Source of the DNA: an uncultured Desulfuromonas sp.
Lineage (GTDB): Bacteria > Desulfobacterota > Desulfuromonadia > Desulfuromonadales > Desulfuromonadaceae
DNA: 32,000 nucleotides
NCBI GenBank assembly: GCA_963676955.1
Contig: OY781461.1
Coordinates: 1,512,225-1,544,224 of the forward strand
Direction of reading: 5' to 3'
Part shown: in pieces, positions 25,341 through 32,000 of the stretch
Layout of the letters: every line of letters starts with the position of its first letter
How positions within the stretch are numbered: the stretch's first letter is position 1
Notes under the pieces: generated by a model
Databases searched by the model: none
Told to the model about the DNA's origin: nothing
What the model saw: the letters and a program-made list of their open reading frames with translations, nothing else
Translations under genes and position numbers: made by a program

Positions 25341-25760
25341 GGCTAGCGCGCAGGCCTCGACAGTTTTAGGTTGACTTGTCTGTTTGCGCCTCTTTCGTTC
25401 GGCGGTGCCTAAATAGTTTTACCTTCGCAGTTTTACCAACTTTGCCTCATCAAACTGTGCATGCGATTTTTCCTCACATGGCTTTGCGATGTTCTTCACC
25501 GCAAGGCATGCGCTCTCTTCCTGACTGCTAATGTGGGCACTTTTCATAACCCGTATTTCTCATACAGATTCCTATTGCCAAATAGGGCGTATCCCTCTTT
25601 TCGATTTCTGACCTTATGTCTTTGCTCAGGTGAGTGCGTAATCGTTGCCCGACATGTTTTCGAACGTGCTGGAGGCTTTTACTGCAATTACGATACTGAA
25701 AATAACCAACCCTCTAACGGTGGCGTTGACTTCGTTGACCACCTTCTCCAATGGCAGGAG
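25341..25760 (-). mobile_element. Decayed, 5'-truncated group II intron remnant (maturase X-domain/C-terminus plus a degenerate domain V)
   Basis: Minus-strand translations are collinear with the intact IEP. LPLEKVVNEVNATVRG (25745-25710) matches LAKVIHDLNPVLRG. NTGYEK matches QLGYQGE. FDEAKLVKL (25454-25428) matches WFAKQGLFDL. About 86 nt further on, TCGAGGCCTGCGCGC matches the domain V segment ACGAGGCCCGTACGC. The spacing mirrors the intact copy. Several stops and frameshifts are present. Confidence 0.5.
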
Positions 25761-26234
25761 CTGTCATGCCATGGCCGGACGTGAGGTGGCAACACAGAAT
25801 TTTTAAACGTTTGCGGTCAGCACGGCGATGCTACTCGGTGAAATGGTGGTGAGGGAAAATAGGGATGTGCAAGAGGTGATCGAGAATCTGGGTTTATGAA
25901 CAATCTCCCCTCTCCGGTCTGGCGTCTGCCCAGACTGAGCTAGGGAAAAGACCGAAAACGAAGCTGTTATGGCCATGATCGTCTTTGTTTGCGCAGAAAC
26001 TGACTGTCTTTTTTGTCAGGCTTGTCGATGCTTCCATCGGCCTCAAGATCGTAAAAATTAATAGTATATCATATAATTATATTATTTGTAGCATTGCAAA
26101 AGTTACGGTTATTATCATCAAATCTGACTGTCGATTCCAGGCCACTGGCGGCAGAAAGTTTTTTTTCATTTGTTTTTTTAGAGTTTGATTCTAAGTTAGA
26201 TTAGATAGTTTTCGAATAACCCTGTTGATCGGAG

Positions 26235-27509
26235 ATGAAAATGGGTCATGAACGCTGCAATGATCGTGTAAGCCGGAAACGGAATTCCTCCCCGCCTTCC
26301 TCGTGTGACGGTATCCGTTTGCCGCTTTACAAGGGTCCGTTCCAGAACAACGGCGCATCCCCTTGGTATCTGGAGTTGCCGGTCGGTACGCCCAAAGAAG
26401 GAACAAAGCCGCAGCGGCTGAAGTTTTCCCTGGATACGGGCAGCAACTTCGTCTGGGTGACCTCGACCCTGTGCGGTGCGCAGGGCTGCCAACATTATGG
26501 CGGTAAGCAGTTCAATTACGATGACTCGTCCAGTTTTCATTGGTGTTCGCAACAAACGATCCCTGTCGATTTCGGCCCCTGGGGTACCATGCAGGTTGAG
26601 ACCGGTCAGGATGTGCTGGCCCTGGATCAGCAGACGGCAACGACCAGCGAGATCTATCTGGCCGAAGCTTACAGCGGCGATCAGTTCGCGGAGCTCGACT
26701 GGGACGGCGGCATCGGTGTGCCGAGCAGTTATTCCACGGAACTGCATGCGACCAGTCGCACCTTTATTCGCGGAATCCGGCGGAGCCTGACGCAGGGCGC
26801 CAACGAAAAATGCGCCGACGCGGATTTTGCGTTTTTTCAGAACCTGATGAATCAGGGACGCGTCAGTCCCGACCAGCCGTTTCTTGCCTTTGACACCGAT
26901 CCGCAAACCAAAACGGGAACGGTTGCGCTGGGGGCGCTCGATTCGGCTTATCAGGACAGCCTGGAATACCTGTATCTGCCGTTCACCGTCTATCCGACCA
27001 TTACCTATGTCTGGACCTCGGCGCTGAAATCGCTTCGCGTGGGCGAGAAAACGTTGGCGACCGATATGTATTTCTGCCTCGATACCGGCTCGTCGCAATT
27101 CAAGGGCGATGTCGCCGTCATGCAGGAAGCCTTTGCACTGACCGACGGTAAACAGAGCAATCCGCTGGTGACCATCGAGTTGGCACAGCAAGGGGATGAT
27201 ACGCCGGGCACGCTGGTGATTCCCGCCGAAGTTTACAAGGTGGAAATCGAAGCGGGCGACAAAAGCGGGCAAATCATCAGTCAATTCGAGCCGATGGCCG
27301 GGGTGGACAAGCTGATCCTGGCGGGTTCCGTGCTGCTGGATTACCTCTACACAGTCTACGAGTACGAGGTCGCTTGTGAGCCGGATGGCAGCTATCGACT
27401 CTCGGCCAAGGGGATGTGGCTGTTCAACAAGAAGAACGGGTTGAAGATCATTCAAAACACGCAAAGCCAACCGGCGCGGATTTTCGCCGGTGTCGCGGAG
27501 GGGGACTGA
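26235..27509 (+). CDS. Pepsin-family (MEROPS A1-like) aspartic protease with no signal peptide
   Basis: It has two catalytic DTGS motifs: FSLDTGSNFVWV (Asp codon 26433-26435) and FCLDTGSSQF (Asp codon 27081-27083). Other pepsin-like segments are WYLELPVGTP, CGAQGC, DGGIGV and the C-terminal ILAGSVLLDYLYTVYEY. The start may instead be ATG 26241 (GGAG at 26231-26234). Confidence 0.85.
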   Translation: MKMGHERCNDRVSRKRNSSPPSSCDGIRLPLYKGPFQNNGASPWYLELPVGTPKEGTKPQRLKFSLDTGSNFVWVTSTLCGAQGCQHYGGKQFNYDDSSSFHWCSQQTIPVDFGPWGTMQVETGQDVLALDQQTATTSEIYLAEAYSGDQFAELDWDGGIGVPSSYSTELHATSRTFIRGIRRSLTQGANEKCADADFAFFQNLMNQGRVSPDQPFLAFDTDPQTKTGTVALGALDSAYQDSLEYLYLPFTVYPTITYVWTSALKSLRVGEKTLATDMYFCLDTGSSQFKGDVAVMQEAFALTDGKQSNPLVTIELAQQGDDTPGTLVIPAEVYKVEIEAGDKSGQIISQFEPMAGVDKLILAGSVLLDYLYTVYEYEVACEPDGSYRLSAKGMWLFNKKNGLKIIQNTQSQPARIFAGVAEGD

Positions 27510-28291
27510 TGGCTGTAGACCTGAACGGGCGCTGGGAAAACAATTTCGGCTCTTTTCTCAATCTCAAGGTGGATGCTCAGGGTGTTATCACCGGCGTTTA
27601 CGGTTCGGACACCGGTTCTTCCGGCACCTATTATCTGGTCGGTGCCGCCGGGCTGAACGCACCTACCGAGCAGGCTGGACGGAATCTGGCCGTCTCGGTG
27701 TTCTGGCATCCGGTTGACGGCACAAAAAGCGATCCCTCCTGGCATTGGGTCACCACGCAATGCGGCCAGTTGCAGATCGACGGCACGATCAGCTTATTCC
27801 AATCGTTGGTGGCAACCACCGATTTTCCCGGTTTGGCGGGAATCGGCAATTATCTTGAAAAATTGACCTGCAGCACAACCGACAAAGGGCCGACCACGCC
27901 TATCCCCGCAGCGCCGTCTCCCGACGATCCGCAACAGGAGGATCCGCTCAACGGCCAGTGGCAGGCGAGCTACGGCGGACCGGGATTGTCGCTGTCGGTA
28001 AAAAAATCCGATTACGGCTGGCTGTGCGGCCGTTTGAGTCTCGACGGCGAAGCTATCCTGATGCGCGGGTTTGCCGATATTCATGCTGATGACACGATGT
28101 TGCGGGGCGTCACTCTGAGCGGTTATTCCAGTGCTCGCGGGGCGGCGATCGCGCTCAACGGCAGTCTCGATCCTTCCACCGGTCGGCTTACCCTGAGTCG
28201 TTGGTTTGCTCTTTCGACATCGAGCGCCGATGGCTATGTGCAGACCGATCTGGGAAGTTGGGTCTTTGAGCCTGACACAACAGATCGTTAA
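27509..28291 (+). CDS. Tandem avidin/streptavidin-fold protein with no signal peptide
   Basis: Its ATG overlaps the protease stop (TGATG, 27507-27511), with GGAGGGGG upstream. Domain 1 aligns with streptavidin strands: [46 protein letters not shown] and [9 protein letters not shown]. A Pro-rich linker follows, then a divergent second copy ([11 protein letters not shown]...). Confidence 0.7.
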   Translation: [260 protein letters not shown]

Positions 28292-28330
28292 AAGGTCCGC
28301 TTTATTATTCTCCAATCCGGGAAAGCCACT

Positions 28331-31126
28331 ATGGACTTCAGTGCCGCCTTTGAACAGGTCAAACACGACGATATGATTTTGCAGAGCTTTATGCATCTCT
28401 GGCAATATTCGGCCGACCTGATGTTTATCATGGCGGTCGAGGAGGATGGCGAGTTTACCCTCTACGACAACAACCCGGCATCAAGGGCGGTGTGCGGTAT
28501 TGCCGAGGATGCAAATATCCATCGCCTGAATCTTCGTAACATCTGGGACGACGAGGTGGTGGAGGGGCTTTATGAAAGCTATCGCAAGGCGATTGCGGCG
28601 CGCAAGCCGATCACCGTCGAGCAGGAAGCGAACGATCCCGACGGCGCAACTGTTTATGTCAGCACCCTGCTGGTCCCTCTGTTCGACGCGCAGGGCGAAC
28701 CGAAACTGATCTGCGGGGTTTCCCGTAATATCACCGACATAAAAAATGCCGAAAAACTGGCCGTGCGTGCGCAGGGTGAATTGACGCAATCGAACGCGGC
28801 CTTGCAGCAGATCAACCGCGAGCTGGACGAGCAGGTCGAAATCCGCACCGCGGAGTTGAGGGCGTCCAAACTCAAGGCTGAAGAAGCGACCCGGGCCAAA
28901 TCCGATTTTCTCGCCAAGATGAGCCATGAAATCCGCACACCGATGAATGCGGTGATCGGTTTGACGCGACTGGCGTTAAAGACCGACCTTGACCGCCGGC
29001 AGAAGGACTATCTCGATAAGGTTCTGGATGCCGCCGAGGGGCTGTTGGTCCTGATTAACGACATCCTCGATTTTTCCAAAATCGAAGCTGGAAAATTCAC
29101 CATCGAACAAAAACCTTTCCGTTTGGAACACGTGGTCGGCAAAGCAGTCAGCCTTTGTGCCATGAATATTTACAACAAGGGGTTGGAGCTGGTCACTGAT
29201 ATCGCTGCGGAGATTCCGACCCAGTTGCAGGGAGATGAACTCAGGATCCGCCAGGTTCTGGTGAACCTGTTGAATAATGCGGCGAAATTCACCGACGAAG
29301 GTGGCGTCTGCCTGAAAATTCGCGTACGTGAAGAGACGCCGCGGCAGATTCGTCTGCTTTGCTCCGTTATCGACACCGGTATCGGCATGAGCCGCGAGCA
29401 GCAGGGGAAAATCTTCGGCTCCTTTACCCAGGCCGACGAATCCGTCACCCGCAAATACGGTGGTACCGGGCTGGGACTGGCAATTTCACGACAGCTTTGC
29501 GAATTGATGGGCGGAGAGATCTGGCTGGAAAGTGAGTTGGGCAAAGGCACCCGTTTTCACTTTACCCTGCAGCTCGATAAAGTGGCGACTCAGGCAGCAG
29601 GGCAGAAGAGAGAGGAAGGCACGCTGGCGGGGCTTAACGTGCTGGTGGTCGATGACAGCGACATGGCACGAAACGTTCTGGTCAGGATGCTGCACGATTG
29701 TGGTATCAAAACTGCTGAGGCGAGTAACGGGGCCGATGCTGTTGCCATCGTCAACCGGGAGCAACAGGACGGAGTTCTCTTTGACCTTGTCCTGCTCGAC
29801 GGGTGCATGCCCGGTATGAACGGCATCGAGACGGCCGTCATGATCCATCAGGCCCAGCAGGAAAAAGCGCCGCAAATCCTGATGGTCTCCGCCTATGATC
29901 GGGATGAGGTTCTCGGACGGCTTGATCAACAAATCGTCGGACAGGTGCTGGAAAAACCGGTTAACTCATCGGCCTTGTTGGATGCGCTCAAACGGGCCGT
30001 GACCGGAGTCGATGCAGCGGCAGCTTATTCCACCGGCCGCTATTCTGAAGCCGCCGAGCAGGCAAGCGCCCCGGATTTGTCCGCATCACGTATTCTGCTG
30101 GTAGACGACGGCCCTATCAATCGTCAGATCGCCCTTGGTTTTTTGCGGGACACCGGGGCCATTGTGGAGACGGCGAACAACGGCTTGCGGGCGTTGGAAA
30201 AACTGGCGCAAACCGACTACGATCTGGTGCTGATGGATATTCAGATGCCCGAGATGGACGGTCTGACGGCTGTTCGGCAAATACGAACCCGGTTGGGAAA
30301 GCCCGAATTGCCGGTGATCGCCATGACCGCGCAGGCCATGGCCGAAGATGTCGATGCAAGCCTTCAGGCCGGCATGAACGAACATCTGACCAAGCCGATT
30401 GTCCCGGAAACCTTGTACCGTGTCCTGGCAAAATACCTGCCGGAGCAACCGCGACCGATTCGTGGCGAAGCAGCGCCGGAAGAGCCCTTCGACGAGGACA
30501 TATCGTCTTCCACCGGCCCGGTGCGCACCCTCGAACAGCTGGAAACGGTTGCGGGAATCGATAGCGTTGTCGGTATCGGCAACCTCGGCAATGAGGAACT
30601 CTACCTGCCGGTCGTCAATGCTTTCATTGAGAAGTATCAGGGATTTGCCGATAAGTGTAACGCCTGGTTCGAGGCCTCGGATTGGCAGATGCTACAGTGC
30701 GAAAGTCATTCCCTGAAGTCGAATGCCGCCTATATCGGTGCACCGGAACTCTCTGTGTTGGGGGAAACCCTGGAGAAGAAGTTTGCAAGCGGTGTTATCG
30801 ACCGCGATCTTGTGTTCGAGGTCTGTAGGAAATTATCCGATTTGCTGGCACAATTCGATCTCAGCGAGAAAAAAGAACAGCCGGTCGATTCACCGGTCTT
30901 TTCCAGCGAACGGCTGACGCACACGTTGGCCGCGATCCTGCCGTTACTCGAACGTTCCGATTTTGCCGTGGAGGAGCTTTTGCCGCCTTTGCGGCGGTTA
31001 TGCGCCAATACGCCTTATGCCGAGGCTGTCGAGCGGATCATTGCCGATGTAAATGAGCTGGAGTACGAACGCGCCGCCGTTTTTGCGGCCGGTATGCTGG
31101 ATAAACTGTCCCCGGCGGAAAAGTGA
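28331..31126 (+). CDS. Hybrid sensor histidine kinase (PAS, coiled coil, HisKA, HATPase, REC, REC, Hpt)
   Basis: The H-box is FLAKMSHEIRTPMNAVIG. The N, G1 and G2 boxes are LVNLLNNAAKF, DTGIGM and GGTGLGLAISR. The two receivers are LVVDDSDMARN...LLDGCMPGMNG and LLVDDGPINRQ...LMDIQMPEMDG...LTKP. The C-terminal Hpt-like segment is QCESHSLKSNAAYIGA. Confidence 0.9.
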   Translation: MDFSAAFEQVKHDDMILQSFMHLWQYSADLMFIMAVEEDGEFTLYDNNPASRAVCGIAEDANIHRLNLRNIWDDEVVEGLYESYRKAIAARKPITVEQEANDPDGATVYVSTLLVPLFDAQGEPKLICGVSRNITDIKNAEKLAVRAQGELTQSNAALQQINRELDEQVEIRTAELRASKLKAEEATRAKSDFLAKMSHEIRTPMNAVIGLTRLALKTDLDRRQKDYLDKVLDAAEGLLVLINDILDFSKIEAGKFTIEQKPFRLEHVVGKAVSLCAMNIYNKGLELVTDIAAEIPTQLQGDELRIRQVLVNLLNNAAKFTDEGGVCLKIRVREETPRQIRLLCSVIDTGIGMSREQQGKIFGSFTQADESVTRKYGGTGLGLAISRQLCELMGGEIWLESELGKGTRFHFTLQLDKVATQAAGQKREEGTLAGLNVLVVDDSDMARNVLVRMLHDCGIKTAEASNGADAVAIVNREQQDGVLFDLVLLDGCMPGMNGIETAVMIHQAQQEKAPQILMVSAYDRDEVLGRLDQQIVGQVLEKPVNSSALLDALKRAVTGVDAAAAYSTGRYSEAAEQASAPDLSASRILLVDDGPINRQIALGFLRDTGAIVETANNGLRALEKLAQTDYDLVLMDIQMPEMDGLTAVRQIRTRLGKPELPVIAMTAQAMAEDVDASLQAGMNEHLTKPIVPETLYRVLAKYLPEQPRPIRGEAAPEEPFDEDISSSTGPVRTLEQLETVAGIDSVVGIGNLGNEELYLPVVNAFIEKYQGFADKCNAWFEASDWQMLQCESHSLKSNAAYIGAPELSVLGETLEKKFASGVIDRDLVFEVCRKLSDLLAQFDLSEKKEQPVDSPVFSSERLTHTLAAILPLLERSDFAVEELLPPLRRLCANTPYAEAVERIIADVNELEYERAAVFAAGMLDKLSPAEK

Positions 31127-31140
31127 TTTCCCGTATGTGC

Positions 31141-32000
31141 ATGGATCAGCAACAGAAAATACTCATTGTTGACGATGAAAAGGTTAACCTGCGGATATTG
31201 CGCGATATTCTTCAAGCTGAGGCCGCTGTGATTCTGGCTAAGGACGGTGCTCAGGCCATCAGAAAGGCTAATGAATTTCAACCCGATTTGATTCTGCTGG
31301 ATGTGATGATGCCCGACTGTAACGGTTTCGAGGTGCTCGCTAAATTGAAAAGCGATGCGGCCACCGCTTGGATCCCGGTGATTTTCGTAACCGCCTTGTC
31401 CGACGTGGAAAACGAAAAAAAAGGGTTGAAGTTGGGTGCCTGCGACTACATCTATAAACCCTTCGATGCCGAAATCGTCAAGGCCCGCATCGATCTGCAT
31501 CTACAGCTGGTCAGACAGAGGAAAATGCTGGAAAAGTTGGCGAATATCGATGCCCTGACCTCCATCGCCAACCGGCGCAAATACGAAGAGGTGTTCGAAA
31601 TGGAATGGCGGATCGCCCTTCGTTCAGGCAAATCGCTATCAGTCGTGATGGTCGATATCGACTGTTTTAAACAGTTTAACGACCTGTACGGTCATGCGGC
31701 CGGGGATGCCGCATTGAAACAGGTGGCCCGGACGCTCTCCGCAAACTTGAAACGACCGGGAGATTTTGTTGCCCGTTACGGTGGCGAGGAGTTTGTCGTG
31801 CTGCTCCCCGACACCGGTCTCGACGGGAGTAGGCACATCATGCAAACCTGTCGTCAGGCCATTGAAGCGCTGCGGATCGAACACGGTAACAGCCACGCGG
31901 CTCCGGTTTTGACCATTAGCGCCGGCGCGTATACGCTGGTGCCTAAAGAGCAGGACGACCGTCAGGCGGTGCTGAAACAGGCCGACGATATGCTTTACCG
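31141..32000 (+). CDS. Response regulator receiver plus GGDEF diguanylate cyclase (3' end beyond the window)
   Basis: This is my own translation, because the ORF is absent from the track (there is no stop in the window). It reads MDQQQKILIVDDEKVNLRIL...LLDVMMPDCNGFEV...YIYKPF, then ALTSIANRRKYEE...VVMVDIDCFKQFNDLYGHAAGD...RYGGEEFVVLLPDT. An alternative in-frame ATG lies at 31135. Confidence 0.9.
   Translation, partial: MDQQQKILIVDDEKVNLRILRDILQAEAAVILAKDGAQAIRKANEFQPDLILLDVMMPDCNGFEVLAKLKSDAATAWIPVIFVTALSDVENEKKGLKLGACDYIYKPFDAEIVKARIDLHLQLVRQRKMLEKLANIDALTSIANRRKYEEVFEMEWRIALRSGKSLSVVMVDIDCFKQFNDLYGHAAGDAALKQVARTLSANLKRPGDFVARYGGEEFVVLLPDTGLDGSRHIMQTCRQAIEALRIEHGNSHAAPVLTISAGAYTLVPKEQDDRQAVLKQADDMLY

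Noticed and set aside
25461-25784. A 107-aa plus-strand ORF. I also briefly read a degraded tyrosine recombinase (an HALR-like motif) on the minus strand here.
   Set aside because: The plus-strand product has no features. The recombinase reading did not hold up on spacing. The minus-strand matches to the group II maturase C-terminus are collinear and correctly spaced, so that interpretation is preferred.
25985-26188. A 67-aa ORF in the very AT-rich stretch upstream of the protease gene.
   Set aside because: It is a low-complexity, AT-rich region with no RBS. It is more likely promoter or spacer DNA. I could not define convincing -35/-10 hexamers either, so no promoter is reported.
26196-27470. 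A 424-aa ORF on the minus strand, the same length as the plus-strand ORF.
   Set aside because: It is an antisense shadow of the pepsin-like gene. Its translation is Arg/Gly/Leu-rich with no recognisable motifs, whereas the plus strand carries two DTGS active-site motifs and other pepsin signatures.
31015-31896. Minus-strand ORFs of 161 aa and 85 aa at the right edge.
   Set aside because: They are antisense to the clearly coding REC-GGDEF gene (GGEEF and DD...D...K receiver motifs on the plus strand).
1-32000. A check for CRISPR arrays, tRNA/rRNA genes and IS elements with terminal inverted repeats.
   Set aside because: No regularly spaced short direct repeats were seen. No cloverleaf-like T-arm/acceptor signatures were seen, and no transposase-like ORFs. 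The only long repeats are the Rhs core copies.

Overview
This 32-kb window is a mosaic of signalling genes and accessory DNA, probably from a Gram-negative bacterium (PEP-CTERM sorting signals; HAMP, GGDEF and Hpt signalling domains). All homology calls come from reading the supplied translations and the DNA by eye; no searches were run.

Contents from left to right:
1. The 3' ~1.5 kb of a group II intron, with an intact En-less RT/maturase ORF and recognisable RNA domains V and VI.
2. An intact hipBA-type toxin-antitoxin pair, divergent from a second, heavily decayed hipBA copy.
3. A secreted ferritin-like (DUF2202-type) protein.
4. A tight minus-strand operon: MFS transporter, then a membrane sensor-HAMP-PP2C phosphatase-RsbW-like kinase fusion, then a STAS protein, then an RsbW-like/GNAT acetyltransferase fusion. 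A divergent paralogue of the last gene lies next to it. No sigma factor gene is present.
5. A CBS-domain protein, a cation/H+ antiporter and a pentapeptide-repeat protein.
6. Two PEP-CTERM surface proteins.
7. A 1493-aa Sec-signal Rhs/YD-repeat polymorphic toxin with its immunity gene. Behind it are two orphan Rhs-core/CT/immunity cassettes and a third truncated core fragment that abuts a decayed, 5'-truncated group II intron remnant.
8. A translationally coupled pair with no signal peptides: a pepsin-family (A1) aspartic protease and a tandem avidin-fold protein.
9. A hybrid histidine kinase (PAS-HisKA-HATPase-REC-REC-Hpt) and a REC-GGDEF response regulator that runs off the window.

The best candidates for something undescribed are:
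- the pepsin/avidin-fold gene pair;
- the partner-switching module whose anti-sigma-like kinase domain is fused to an acetyltransferase instead of pairing with a sigma factor;
- the Sec-type Rhs array with three unrecognised C-terminal toxin domains.
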